A model generated the notes under the pieces. That model was given only the letters and a program-made list of their open reading frames with translations, did no database searches and was not told the origin of the DNA. Of a stretch of DNA of 64,000 bases, positions 1 to 12,150 are shown one piece after another; position 1 is the stretch's first letter; each line of letters begins with the position of its first letter. The stretch lies in the NCBI GenBank assembly GCA_965221165.1, contig CBDCRP010000002.1:1408001-1472000 (forward strand), written 5' to 3'. The translations under genes and the position numbers were made by a program. Source of the DNA: a bacterium. Lineage in GTDB: Bacteria > UBA8248.

Positions 1-773
1 CGACCCGCCTCGCGGGCGATTTGGCGGAAAAATACGGCATCGGAAAAGTCTATGTGCACAACGCGAATCACTTCGGGGCGGCATGCGTGTATGTAGAGGC
101 GCTCATCGAGCGGGGCCTGGCCGGCCGCGCCACGTGCACATCCGGCGCATGGATGAAGCCATTCGGGGGAAACAGGATTCGGCTGGGCACGAACCCCATC
201 GCCTGGGGAGTCCCTGCGGGAGATCAGGCCATCGTCATCGACGTGGCCACCACGCAGCGCGCCGTGAGCCCCGCCATTCGCGCCAGCCGTGCGGGAGAGG
301 CAATTCCGCCCGATTATTTTCTTTATGAAAACGGAGAGGTCATGTCCGGTCACGTGGCGTATGACGAACTGATCAAAGGCTCCGTCCTGCCCCTGGGAGG
401 AACGCAGTTCGGCTACAAGGGTTCCGGCCTCGCCGTGCTCGTGGATTTGGACGGCGTCATCGGCGGCGGCGCGACGCAAAGCATTCCGACGCTGCGCGTT
501 CAACCCGACGCCCGCATCACCCAGACGATAGAAGCCTGGAGGCTGGACGCGCTCTATCCCGCAGAGGATGCAAAGAAGCTGTTGGCCGAGGCGGTGAGAG
601 ACATCAAAAGCTGCGGGGGGCCGGAGATGCTGCTTCCGGGAGAACGCGAGGCGCTGAAAAAAGCGGACGCGGAGAAAAACGGCATCCCCTATGAAGCCAG
701 CCAGTGGGACACACTCAAAATGATAGGAGGCTGGCTGGGCGTCGAGCCGCCCGAAGCCATGCAGGAGAATTGA
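1..773 (+). CDS. Ldh_2 family oxidoreductase (malate/L-sulfolactate/ureidoglycolate dehydrogenase-like), 5'-truncated by the window edge
   Basis: Motifs NHFGA, GTNPIAW, GYKGSGLA and LPGERE; the frame is open to the window start. Confidence 0.85.
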   Translation, partial: TRLAGDLAEKYGIGKVYVHNANHFGAACVYVEALIERGLAGRATCTSGAWMKPFGGNRIRLGTNPIAWGVPAGDQAIVIDVATTQRAVSPAIRASRAGEAIPPDYFLYENGEVMSGHVAYDELIKGSVLPLGGTQFGYKGSGLAVLVDLDGVIGGGATQSIPTLRVQPDARITQTIEAWRLDALYPAEDAKKLLAEAVRDIKSCGGPEMLLPGEREALKKADAEKNGIPYEASQWDTLKMIGGWLGVEPPEAMQEN

Positions 774-844
774 TCCGCTAAACAAGCTGCTTTCAGGGCA
801 TCAGCCCGAGAGAGAGCGCCGGAGCCGCATCCGCAAATTATCTT

Positions 845-2104
845 TTAGGCGTTTCGCTCCAGGCGAACGGTTTCTATCTGCCGCTCGTTCGCCGATTCCA
901 CGGTGAGCGTCCAGCCCTCCAGGGATATGTACTCGCCTTCATTTGGGATATGCTCGAACCGCTCCAGGAGATAGCCCGCCAAGGTCTCGTAATCCCCCTC
1001 GGGTATAGGAAGCGAAAGCGCCTCGCGCACGTCCTCGACCTCCATGCGGGCATCAACGAGGTACTGCTCCTCGCCCATCTTGTGGAACATGCGGACTTCG
1101 TCGACGTCATACTCGTCAGCGATGTCGCCCACGATCTCCTCCACCAGATCCTCCATGGTCACGATGCCGGTGCAAGCCCCGTATTCATCCACCACCACGG
1201 CCATCTTCTCTTTTCGACTCATCAACTCATCGAGAAGACTATCGGCGGGCTTCGTTTCCGGCACGAAATAAGCGCTTCGGATGAGGCCTTCTTTTTCCCT
1301 GAGACGTCCTGCGGCGTCCGCCCCCAGTCCGAGAATATCCCTCGCATGAACGACGCCCACGATGTGGTGCAGGTTTTCCCTGTAGATCAGAATCCTCGAG
1401 TGGCCATCGTCCTCGATTTTTTCGATCACCTCCCCCACCATGCTCTCCTCGTCCACCGCCGAGAGATCCACGATGGGCACCAGCACGTTTTCCATGTCCA
1501 ACTCGCCGAACGTGAAGATGCGGCCTATCATCTGTCGCTCGAGAACCTGCACGTCTCCATCGCTTTGCTCTTCCATGAGCGATTCGAGTTCCTGCCGCGT
1601 GACGAAAGGCGTGCTCTCTCCATTGCGCGTTCCCAGCCGCAAAGCGGCGCCGATGAGCGTGCTGATCACCCACACCAACGGATATACCAGCAGCCTGGCG
1701 CCCCACACGACGCGCGCCAACAAAGGGGCGAGCGCATCGGCGCGAGCCTGGCAATACCCCTTGGGAACCACCTCGCCGAACACCACGAGCACCGGAATCA
1801 CCAGGGCGACCGAGAGCGCCTCCCCATATGCGGGACCGACGAAATCAATGGCCGCGATGGTGGCCAGAGAAACGTTCGTCACGAAACTCGCGTTATGACA
1901 GGTGAGAATCGTGCCCATGAGCCATTCGGGTTTTTCCAGCAACGTGAGGGCGATAGACGCGCCTTTGTTCCCTTCTTCCGCCTTGGCCCGCAGACGGGCG
2001 CGATCCGCGGAAACAATGGCAATCTCCGCTCCCGAGAACAACGCTTCCGCCAGGAGCAGGATGAGGCCGATGACGATGACGGAGAAAATATCCAATTCAG
2101 GCAT
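845..2104 (-). CDS. HlyC/CorC (CNNM-CBS-CBS-CorC) transporter-associated protein
   Basis: FSGAEIA, FGEVVPK, HSRI and VDEYG..GIVTMEDLVEEIVGDIADEYD motifs. Confidence 0.92.
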   Translation of the reverse strand: MPELDIFSVIVIGLILLLAEALFSGAEIAIVSADRARLRAKAEEGNKGASIALTLLEKPEWLMGTILTCHNASFVTNVSLATIAAIDFVGPAYGEALSVALVIPVLVVFGEVVPKGYCQARADALAPLLARVVWGARLLVYPLVWVISTLIGAALRLGTRNGESTPFVTRQELESLMEEQSDGDVQVLERQMIGRIFTFGELDMENVLVPIVDLSAVDEESMVGEVIEKIEDDGHSRILIYRENLHHIVGVVHARDILGLGADAAGRLREKEGLIRSAYFVPETKPADSLLDELMSRKEKMAVVVDEYGACTGIVTMEDLVEEIVGDIADEYDVDEVRMFHKMGEEQYLVDARMEVEDVREALSLPIPEGDYETLAGYLLERFEHIPNEGEYISLEGWTLTVESANERQIETVRLERNA

Positions 2105-3368
2105 CCTCCCGTCTTCGCGCGCGCACCAGCAGAACGCGAGAACCGCTGGTCTCGATCACCGTGAATTCCACGCTCCCCAAGCGAACCCGCTCGTTGAGCG
2201 AGGGCACATGGCCCAGCAACGTAAAGACGGCACCGCCCAGCGTGTTCGCCTCCTCGTAGGCAGGGAGTTCCCAGCCGCTCACCGCCGAGAATTCAGCCAG
2301 AGGAACGCGGCCCTGGCACAGGTATGAGCCCTCACCTTCCTGGGCAATCCAGGTTTCCTCGGCCTCTTCGTGTTCATCCTTGATTTCGCCGAAAATCTCC
2401 TCGAGCAGATCCGTCATCGTCACCAAGCCGAGAGTGCCGCCGAATTCATCCTGAACGATGGCGACGTGGGTACGTTCATTCCGAAACCGCCGGAACAAGC
2501 GGTCGAGCTTCATGCCGCCTGGAACCACGAGGGGTGGGCGCAACATCTGTTTCGTCAGGCGCTCTTCGGGACCGAAGTTCTTTCGCCCCGCCTGGCGCAG
2601 AAAATCCTTGACATACAAAACGCCTACTATCTGATCCCGGTCTTGCCGAAAAATCGGAATGCGTGAATGCGTGGCCGTGCGGACGCGATCGATCACTTCG
2701 GCGATGGGCAGGCTAATCTCCCAACACTCCAGATCCGTACGGGGCACGGCCACATCGGCTACGGTTCTGTCGTGAAAACCGAACACGTTGTGAATAAGTT
2801 CACGCTCGCCCTCTTCGAGTTCGCCTTCGGCATGGCCCGCGTCCACGAGATGCAGGAATTCGTCTTCCATCAGGATGCTCTGCGAATCGCGCGGGGGGGC
2901 TCCCATGCAGGAGAGCACGCCGTTCGCCACCTGTAAAAAGACCCACCGCAAAGGAGAGATGATGCGCGCGAAGACGGATATGGGATACGCCAGGAATCGC
3001 GAGAACCGCTCCGGATACCGGGCCGCCAGGGATTTGGGCGTGATCTCGCCGAATACCATCAGGAGCGGCGCCATGAACACGGGCGCGAGCCACCTCTTCT
3101 CGGGTTCCAGATAAGCCACCACGACGCCCGTAAACAGCGCGGAGGAAGCGATGTTCACGATTTCGTTGCCCATCAATATGGAGGTGATCAATCGCCGGGG
3201 CCTGTCCAGAAGGTCGGATATCCGCGCTCCCATGCCGCCCTCTCGGCGCATGGCGCGCACCCTGGGACGCGGAAGGGAGAAAAGGGCCGTCTCGCTGGCC
3301 GAGAAACCGGCGGAGCAAAGCATGAGGAAAACAAAGGCGGCGAGCCGGAAGAGCAGGTCGGCATCCAT
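2097..3368 (-). CDS. HlyC/CorC (CNNM-CBS-CBS-CorC) protein, tandem paralog
   Basis: FSASETALFSL, FGEITPK, HSRIP and DEFGGTLGLVTMTDLLEEIFGEIKDE motifs. Confidence 0.92.
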   Translation of the reverse strand: MDADLLFRLAAFVFLMLCSAGFSASETALFSLPRPRVRAMRREGGMGARISDLLDRPRRLITSILMGNEIVNIASSALFTGVVVAYLEPEKRWLAPVFMAPLLMVFGEITPKSLAARYPERFSRFLAYPISVFARIISPLRWVFLQVANGVLSCMGAPPRDSQSILMEDEFLHLVDAGHAEGELEEGERELIHNVFGFHDRTVADVAVPRTDLECWEISLPIAEVIDRVRTATHSRIPIFRQDRDQIVGVLYVKDFLRQAGRKNFGPEERLTKQMLRPPLVVPGGMKLDRLFRRFRNERTHVAIVQDEFGGTLGLVTMTDLLEEIFGEIKDEHEEAEETWIAQEGEGSYLCQGRVPLAEFSAVSGWELPAYEEANTLGGAVFTLLGHVPSLNERVRLGSVEFTVIETSGSRVLLVRARRREDA

Positions 3369-3444
3369 CAGTCAATGCCTCCCTGCTGATCGGGATGAAA
3401 ACGCATTCGCCCCGGAGGTTCGGGGTCAGGCGCAGGTTCTTCTG

Positions 3445-4326
3445 CTACCATGAGGCCGTCAATCTCCTTAAATAATTCCGAAATGCGGGGCCGATATCCT
3501 CGCGATTTAGAGCGAACTCGACCGTCGCCTCCAAAAAACCCAGTTTATCGCCCGCATCATAGCGCTTTCCCTCATATTCATAGGCGTAAAGCCGGGTGTG
3601 CTCCAGCAGTCCCCGCAACCCGTCGGTGAGCTGAATCTCTCCTTTCGCATCCGGTCTCAGGCGCTCAAGGACCGGGAAAATCTCGGGCGGCAACACGTAG
3701 CGCCCGATGATTGCGACATCAGAGGGCGCATCTTCGGGTTCGGGTTTTTCCACCATCCCCTTGAGCGGCGTGACGCCCGGGGCGGGCGACGGTTCGCCGG
3801 AAGGATCGATAATACCGTATTTGGAGAGGGCGTGTTTTTCGACCCGCAGTCCTGCGACCACGCCGCCGCCATACGCATTAAACACGCGCACCAACTGGCC
3901 GATGGCGGGATCTTCGCTCCTGATGACGTCATCGGACAATATGACGGCAAAAGGCTCTTCTCCCACAGCCGGCTTCGCGCACAAGACCGCATGGCCCAAA
4001 CCCAAAGGACGCTTTTGGCGGATAGACGTAATTTGCGCTTTACGGGAGATTTCCTCTACCATGGCCAATTGTCTCTCCTCACCCCTGTCACGCAAATGAG
4101 ATTCCACCTCGAAGGCGACATCAAAGTGGTCCACCATCGAAACCTTCCCGCGTCCGGTGATGAATACGATCTCCTCGATGCCGGCGTCCAGCGCCTCCTG
4201 CACGCCGATCTGGATTTGCGGAATGTCCACGATGGGAAGCATCTCTTTCGGGATCACCTTGGTGGCGGGCAAAAACCGCGTGCCGAGCCCTGCCACAGGA
4301 AAAACAGCCTTGCGAACCCGGCTCAT
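3445..4326 (-). CDS. galU: UTP-glucose-1-phosphate uridylyltransferase
   Basis: KAVFPVAGLGTRFLPATKVIPKEMLP, GLGHAV, VEKP and EIQLTD motifs. Confidence 0.97.
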   Translation of the reverse strand: MSRVRKAVFPVAGLGTRFLPATKVIPKEMLPIVDIPQIQIGVQEALDAGIEEIVFITGRGKVSMVDHFDVAFEVESHLRDRGEERQLAMVEEISRKAQITSIRQKRPLGLGHAVLCAKPAVGEEPFAVILSDDVIRSEDPAIGQLVRVFNAYGGGVVAGLRVEKHALSKYGIIDPSGEPSPAPGVTPLKGMVEKPEPEDAPSDVAIIGRYVLPPEIFPVLERLRPDAKGEIQLTDGLRGLLEHTRLYAYEYEGKRYDAGDKLGFLEATVEFALNREDIGPAFRNYLRRLTASW

Positions 4327-4413
4327 GAGAAGGTTTCCATAAGAAAAAAGATGTGTCGGTGCGCGTGAATACGTGACATTTGTCCTAGATCATAAAAAAG
4401 GCACAAGCCGAGG

Positions 4414-6513
<2,100 letters not shown>

Positions 6514-7524
6514 CTAGAGCGATTCGAGGCGCTTTCGGGCGGTGGTCGCCGCGCTCGAATCCGGATATTCGCCAATCACGCGGCCAAGCAACTCACGGGC
6601 GCTTGCGAGATCGCCCAAATTCAAAAACGAGAGGGCCTCCAAAAGAAGAGCCTCCGGTGCCTTGTCTGCGTTGGCATAATCGGCTGCCACTTTGACGAAC
6701 TCTATAATAGCGCGTTCAAAATTCTTCTCTTCAAAATAGGACTGTCCTATCCAATACTGCGCGTCATCCGACAATTCGTGCGTTGGATATCGAGTGATAA
6801 ACGCATTCAGTAGACCGCGCGCCTTCGCGAAACTCCTCTCATCGCGCAAGACACGAATGGCTTGGGCGTAGTCCTCTTCGGGATCGGGAGGCCTCGGCGC
6901 GGGAACAGGCTTCTGCGGCTGACCGACCAGTTCCGTGGGAATGACGGCGACTCGCGTGTTGCCCGTGGGCAAACCCACGATCTGGGCGTCCTGGTTTTGT
7001 GGCAAGCCTGCGGATGGAATCCGCACGCCTTCGCGAGGAGCGCCTACAGCTAGCATCCGGGATGGTTCTCCCGCCGGAGTGACGACAACCTCCTCTTTTT
7101 TTTGCGCAGCTACCAAAGGAGCCTTCGAGCGCAACTGGCTCACTTCATTTTCGAGCTTTTCGATCCGCTCTTGAAGTTTCGCGATGGCCTCCCCGGCTTT
7201 CTCCAGAGAGTTCTCGGAATCTTTCCGCGCGCGTTCGACCTCATCCGTGATTTCCTGAATCGCTTCGCGCGCCTCCTCGATACGCTGCTCCTGGTTCCGC
7301 ATTCCGCGCCTGAAACCTTGCAGATTCTTTTCGATCGCCGAAACATCGACCGATGGATTCCGCGCGGCGACCTGAGCCGGCGGCGCGGGGCGAGATGCTG
7401 AACTCGTTCCAGGGACGATTCCCGGGCCGCCCCCCGGGGAATTCGCCTCGGGACAACCGAGTAAAACAAGAGACAGCGCAATCAACGAGAATGCTTGAAG
7501 ACTGGATGCCTTGAAAGTTTTCAT
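6514..7524 (-). CDS. cpoB: Tol-Pal associated TPR/coiled-coil protein CpoB (YbgF)
   Basis: Signal/lipobox-like N-terminus, coiled coil, TPR with AQYWIGQSYF and KAPEALL; lies directly downstream of pal; start reset to ATG 7524. Confidence 0.88.
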   Translation of the reverse strand: MKTFKASSLQAFSLIALSLVLLGCPEANSPGGGPGIVPGTSSASRPAPPAQVAARNPSVDVSAIEKNLQGFRRGMRNQEQRIEEAREAIQEITDEVERARKDSENSLEKAGEAIAKLQERIEKLENEVSQLRSKAPLVAAQKKEEVVVTPAGEPSRMLAVGAPREGVRIPSAGLPQNQDAQIVGLPTGNTRVAVIPTELVGQPQKPVPAPRPPDPEEDYAQAIRVLRDERSFAKARGLLNAFITRYPTHELSDDAQYWIGQSYFEEKNFERAIIEFVKVAADYANADKAPEALLLEALSFLNLGDLASARELLGRVIGEYPDSSAATTARKRLESL

Positions 7525-7532
7525 AAAGAAAA

Positions 7533-7562
7533 ACTCCCCGGCGGCCTGTGCCGACGGGGAGT
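7533..7562 (-). terminator. Intrinsic terminator-like hairpin between pal and cpoB
   Basis: Stem ACTCCCCG...CGGGGAGT with an inner CGGC/GCCG pair, followed on the minus strand by TTTTCTTT; a T-tract is also present on the plus side. Confidence 0.65.
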
Positions 7563-7592
7563 CCTTTTCTTTTGCGCAGGACTGTCGGGCGA

Positions 7593-8183
7593 CTAGTTCA
7601 TGCCCGCCGGAATACCGCCGATGACGTTGAACTTCGCTCGCCGATTCTTGGCCCATCCCGCTTCGTTGGAACGCGAGTCGGCCGGACGCTCCTCGCCATA
7701 GCTCACCGTATCGACCCGGGAAGGATTGACGCCGAGCGATCCGAGATAATCCCTGGAACTTTGTGAACGCCTGTGCCCGAGCGCGATGTTGTATTCCACC
7801 GTGCCGCGCTCGTCGCAATGCCCCTCGACCTGTACCCGAATACCCGGGAACTCTTGCAGGAAGCGGGCCTTGGCGTCCAGGATCGCGCGCATGTCGGGGC
7901 GGATATCCGATTTGTCAAAATCGAAGTACACCAAGTCGTTTTCAAACCCGGCCAACGAGCGCTTGAAGGCGGCGCGCTTTTGACGGCGATCCGCCTCCGT
8001 CATGCTCATTTCCTTTTTCATCTCGGGTTTAGGAGGTTGCTTTTTTCTCACCATGGGAGCCGGCGGTTTGGGCGGCGGTAGTTCTTCGGTTTCCACCGTC
8101 TGTTTTACGCAACCCACGGCGAATACGAGCATCGCAGCCATCAACAAGGATTGAGAAGATTTAACACGACCCGATAACAACAT
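7593..8183 (-). CDS. pal: Peptidoglycan-associated lipoprotein
   Basis: Lipobox AVGC; VYFDFDKS, EGHCDERGTVEYNIALG, SYGEERP and KNRRA motifs. Confidence 0.96.
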   Translation of the reverse strand: MLLSGRVKSSQSLLMAAMLVFAVGCVKQTVETEELPPPKPPAPMVRKKQPPKPEMKKEMSMTEADRRQKRAAFKRSLAGFENDLVYFDFDKSDIRPDMRAILDAKARFLQEFPGIRVQVEGHCDERGTVEYNIALGHRRSQSSRDYLGSLGVNPSRVDTVSYGEERPADSRSNEAGWAKNRRAKFNVIGGIPAGMN

Positions 8184-8371
8184 GCAGACATCCCCCTCGG
8201 AGTCTCTAGTTCATATATGTTCAGAGTGAGAAGCGTGATACATCACGGAGCGGAAACTCTTCCCCTCTTCATCCATCCACGGACATACATAACCAAAGTA
8301 TAAAGGGCGAATGGGCGATGAGCAAGCCCGTTTCTCATTTTTTCGAGAGATATCTCCCGATTTTTAAAATT

Positions 8372-9676
8372 TTACCTCGACATGGGCGACCAGGCGGGTT
8401 CCTGGCCGAGTTGAAGCCGCTTGAGTTGCGTGCCGGCGGAGGTCATCACATATACATATTTTCTGCCGCTCCGATCGGAGGAGAAGGCGATGTGCCGGCC
8501 ATCGGGAGACCAGGTGGGGGATTCATTGCGGCCCTGGCTGCCCGTGAGGCGGCGCAAGTCGGCGCCATCAACGTTCATCGTGGCGATGTCTATTTCCTTT
8601 CCCCGCTTGATGCGACTCGTCAGGGCGATTCTGTCCCCCCGGGGGCTCCATTCGGGTTCGGTATTGTATTTTCCCTTGAACGTGATGCGCCTCGGGCTGG
8701 AGCCGTCCACGTTCATGACGTAAATATGGGGATTTCCAGAACGACTCGACGTAAAGGCGATTTTTTTACCATCCGGCGAAAACGTGGGAGATACGTCGAT
8801 ACCGAAGCTCCGCGTGAGTCTTCTCTTCAAGCGGGTGCGCAAATCGTAGCGGAAAATCTCATAGTTTCGCCTCACAAGCTCGGCAAACGCGAAGTAGCGC
8901 GAATTCGAAGAAAAAGCGCCTCCGATGGCTTGCGCGCGAGAAGAACTCACCTTGAACTCGCGCGCCCCGTTCGTGGGCAGCAGAAACACGCCGGGCGGCC
9001 TGGATTTGAACGAAGAATACGCCATCCACCTTCCGTCCGGAGACCACGCGGGCGCGTTGTTGCCCATGCCGTTGCGCGTCACCCGCCTGAGTTCGGCGCC
9101 GTCCCAGTCCATGATGTAGATCTCTCCGCGCTCTTTGAGCGAACGCCTCGAGACGAATGCAATCTGGGTGTCGAACACTCCCTTCTCGCGCGTGTAGTGC
9201 TTCAGCACGTCATTGGCGAATCGGTGGGCCAGCAAACGCCAGCCGCTCCTGGGGTAGCGATACTGCTTGCCAAGCTCCTGGGCGGTGCTTGCAGTATCGT
9301 AGAGGTAGACTTCCGCGGTGATGGTTTTTCCCGAAATGGTGTAGCCGCCCTTGATGAGGGCCTCCACCTTGACCACCTTGCTCCAGTCGGAGAAGCGCTG
9401 TTCGTCCTTGCGAATCCCCGCGCGCAGGGGATTTTCCAGATAGCCCTTGCGGTTGGGGATAAAGAACAAGCCGCTGCGCTTAAGGTCGGATTCGATGACT
9501 TGCGCCATTTTGAGGCCCAGCGCGTCGCGCCGGTTGTCGAGGGGGCGAAACTCGGGAATCGCCAATCGTATCTTTCTGGCCGTGGGGGAATAGATATCGA
9601 TGAACACGCGTGCGGCGTCCACCCCTTGAGGCCATGAGAAAATCATGATGATGAGAAAAATCGCTCGACGAAGCAT
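8372..9676 (-). CDS. tolB: Tol-Pal beta-propeller protein TolB
   Basis: TolB N-domain (AHRFAND) plus repeated PxWSPDG PD40 motifs; start placed at ATG 9676. Confidence 0.95.
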   Translation of the reverse strand: MLRRAIFLIIMIFSWPQGVDAARVFIDIYSPTARKIRLAIPEFRPLDNRRDALGLKMAQVIESDLKRSGLFFIPNRKGYLENPLRAGIRKDEQRFSDWSKVVKVEALIKGGYTISGKTITAEVYLYDTASTAQELGKQYRYPRSGWRLLAHRFANDVLKHYTREKGVFDTQIAFVSRRSLKERGEIYIMDWDGAELRRVTRNGMGNNAPAWSPDGRWMAYSSFKSRPPGVFLLPTNGAREFKVSSSRAQAIGGAFSSNSRYFAFAELVRRNYEIFRYDLRTRLKRRLTRSFGIDVSPTFSPDGKKIAFTSSRSGNPHIYVMNVDGSSPRRITFKGKYNTEPEWSPRGDRIALTSRIKRGKEIDIATMNVDGADLRRLTGSQGRNESPTWSPDGRHIAFSSDRSGRKYVYVMTSAGTQLKRLQLGQEPAWSPMSR

Positions 9677-9720
9677 CCGGCCCTCCCGCAGGTGTGGTCT
9701 GGTTTGAATTTTTTCTCGCA

Positions 9721-10773
9721 TCAACGGCAAAAATCCCTGCCGCAGAATCGAAAACCAAGGAAAAGCCAGTTTTCCTTTATCGTATCAGGCGGCTTGGGCA
9801 GGGTGGGCTTGGCGGCCCGCTCCACGGCGCGCAGCGCCGCCTGGTCGTAAATATTGTTCCCGCTGTAGCGCACGATCCGCAGATTGCGATAATTTCCTTC
9901 CCTATCCACATCTATTGTGACGTCGGTCTTGAGTCGGCTCAGATCAGCGATGCCTGGGGGCACCGTCCATAAACCCCGAATTCGCTCCGCCAGAAGTCCA
10001 TAATATCTCTCCTTGTCCGTTCGCGCGACGCCGCCGCTGCCGCCCGCTCGGCTGCCTCCGCCCTGGCCGTCGCCTCCCCCCTCACCGGTGTATCCCTTCA
10101 AAGGTCCCCGGTTCCTGGGCGCGAGGTCCGCTTTTGCGAGGCTATCGTCACTCATCCAGTCATCGAGGGGGCGTTTTTTCTTTTTAACCGGCGTGTTCTT
10201 TTCGTTTTCCTTGAAACGATTGCGCCAACGCCTGGCACGCTCTCTTCGTTCGCGTATCCGCCTGAGGCGCGCTTCGCGCACAGGATCGCGCTTTTTCTTT
10301 TTCCGCACGACCTTTTGGGGATTCTTTTTCGGAATACGCCGAACTTCTTTGCGGGGAGTTTTCTTCTTGACGACCTTTTTTTTCTTCTTCTTGGCGGGCG
10401 TGAGTTTTTTCTCAGGCGCCGCTATCTTCCTCGTCCCCTCGTCCGGCCCTTTTCGAGGAGTGGGCGCTTCCATGTCCTCGGGCCGGTCTCCGGATTTTCC
10501 CCGCGCCGAACCTCCCGGAATTTCATCCGCTCCCACTAGGCTGACGGCCGTTCCGCTTCCGAAAAACCGGTATTTCGGGTGAGAGGGCGCCAGGCTCACC
10601 CAGACGAAGAGAGCGGCGTGCAAAACAACGGAAGCCGCCAGTGCCCGGAGAAACCGGCGATCATGGAGCAACCCGCCCCTCTTCTCGCTCGCCCCCTGAA
10701 GGCGCGCGTCCGAGCGGGGCGAGTGAACGCCGGCGTCGTTGGAATTTTCCGAGAACCTGGGGGTTTTATTCAT
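9721..10773 (-). CDS. tolA: TolA-like energy transducer (TM anchor, Lys/Arg-rich linker, TonB/TolA C-domain)
   Basis: ASVVLHAAL transmembrane S/H motif, YSGNNIYDQAALRAV C-domain; located between tolR and tolB. Confidence 0.85.
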   Translation of the reverse strand: MNKTPRFSENSNDAGVHSPRSDARLQGASEKRGGLLHDRRFLRALAASVVLHAALFVWVSLAPSHPKYRFFGSGTAVSLVGADEIPGGSARGKSGDRPEDMEAPTPRKGPDEGTRKIAAPEKKLTPAKKKKKKVVKKKTPRKEVRRIPKKNPQKVVRKKKKRDPVREARLRRIRERRERARRWRNRFKENEKNTPVKKKKRPLDDWMSDDSLAKADLAPRNRGPLKGYTGEGGGDGQGGGSRAGGSGGVARTDKERYYGLLAERIRGLWTVPPGIADLSRLKTDVTIDVDREGNYRNLRIVRYSGNNIYDQAALRAVERAAKPTLPKPPDTIKENWLFLGFRFCGRDFCR

Positions 10774-10787
10774 GAGTCACCGGCCCT

Positions 10788-11228
10788 TCAGCGCCTGCGC
10801 CGCCTTTTCCGAGAGGGCTCCAGGGGGTCGGTCACCATGTTGAGGCGACCTATGCCCGCCGCGCGAATGATGGCCATGACCTTCACCACTTCGCCGTAAG
10901 GAACCGCGCGATCCGCCCTTAGAAAAATTTCCTTGCGCCTCCTGTCCTTGAAGAGCACCATGAGCTTCTCCTTCATCTCGGAGGCGGCCAGCGGATTATT
11001 ATTTATATACATGTCGCGGTTTTTGTCCAACGTGATGACGACGGCGTCCTCGGCCACATTCGACTTCGCCGCCTGCACCTGGGGCAAATCCACGTTCACG
11101 GCCTGATTCTGCGTCTCGAGCAGCGGCGCGGTGACCATGAAAATCACCAACAACACCAGCATCACGTCCACGAGCGGCGTGACGTTGATATCCGAGATGC
11201 TCGACCCACGGTTCAGCTTAACAGCCAA
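10788..11228 (-). CDS. tolR: TolR/ExbD
   Basis: INVTPLVDVMLVLLVIFMVTAP and LRADRAVPYGEVV motifs. Confidence 0.93.
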   Translation of the reverse strand: MAVKLNRGSSISDINVTPLVDVMLVLLVIFMVTAPLLETQNQAVNVDLPQVQAAKSNVAEDAVVITLDKNRDMYINNNPLAASEMKEKLMVLFKDRRRKEIFLRADRAVPYGEVVKVMAIIRAAGIGRLNMVTDPLEPSRKRRRRR

Positions 11229-11243
11229 GGGAAGCTCCGCTCG

Positions 11244-11933
11244 TCATAAACGCATGAAATGGCGGCCAACGAGGTTGAGAAAATCCGCCGTAAAGTTTTC
11301 AATTTCATCCGCAATCACCTTCATGCGGCCTTGGTAGTGATTATAGGCGATCACGGCGGGGATGGCCGCCAGCAGCCCGAGGGCCGTGGCGATGAGCGCC
11401 TCGCTGATGCCCGGCGCGACGATGGCGAGCCCGGCGGAGCCCCTGACGCCAATCTCGCGAAACGAATTCATGATACCCCACACCGTACCGAAGAGCCCGA
11501 TGAACGGGGTGGCGCTCGCCGTCGTGGCCAGAAAGGTCAGCATGCGCTCCAGCCTGCCTATCTGTTCGTTCGCAGCGCGCCTCAGCGCGCGCTCGACGCT
11601 CTCCACCCCCGTCATTTCCGAAGTGAGGACACTCGAATCCTCCTCTCCCTCCCGAGAGCGCGTTTTCAACAGTTGTTCGGCTTCCTGATAGCCCGCGGCG
11701 AACACCTCGCCCACCGGACTGCTCTCGTGCTCGCCGAGCTCCGCGTAAAGCCGGTCGAGGCGCTTGGAACGCCAAAACGCCTCGACGAACATCGCCGAGC
11801 GCCGCCTCGCCCCTCGAAGTTCCCAGAACTTCCAAATTATGATGGCCCACGAGGAGAGCGAGAAAAACACGAGCAGGAGTAAAACGAAAAACACCATGCC
11901 GCCCGACCGTGTGGCGAGGGTGATGATATCCAT
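11244..11933 (-). CDS. tolQ: TolQ (MotA/TolQ/ExbB proton channel)
   Basis: TPFIGLFGTVWGIM and APGISEALIATALGL motifs; start placed at ATG 11933. Confidence 0.95.
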   Translation of the reverse strand: MDIITLATRSGGMVFFVLLLLVFFSLSSWAIIIWKFWELRGARRRSAMFVEAFWRSKRLDRLYAELGEHESSPVGEVFAAGYQEAEQLLKTRSREGEEDSSVLTSEMTGVESVERALRRAANEQIGRLERMLTFLATTASATPFIGLFGTVWGIMNSFREIGVRGSAGLAIVAPGISEALIATALGLLAAIPAVIAYNHYQGRMKVIADEIENFTADFLNLVGRHFMRL

Positions 11934-12150
11934 TTCTTGTTGAAGCGGTACTAGTGGCGAGGAATCGCCCGCCGGCAAGGCGGCCGCGGCCAAAAACGGG
12001 AGCAAGACAATCCTCCTCCTGGGCGGAGCGAGAAGTATCGCCCTTTTGCCAATCGCAGTCAATACAAATGGCTTGATGCAAATCGTTGACATCTCCTCTA
12101 AAGCCTGGTGATAATGACCTTCCCGCCCACCGCTGGAGGCATCACCCAGA

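Noticed and set aside
6514-7818. Extended N-termini in the ORF track (cpoB, also anmK, bioD, tusA, TVP38, 23669..25231)
   Set aside because: The extensions overlap neighbouring genes and are not protein-like; starts were reset to downstream codons.
10300-10420. Long T-runs in tolA as contingency repeats
   Set aside because: They encode the Lys-rich linker and the frame is intact.
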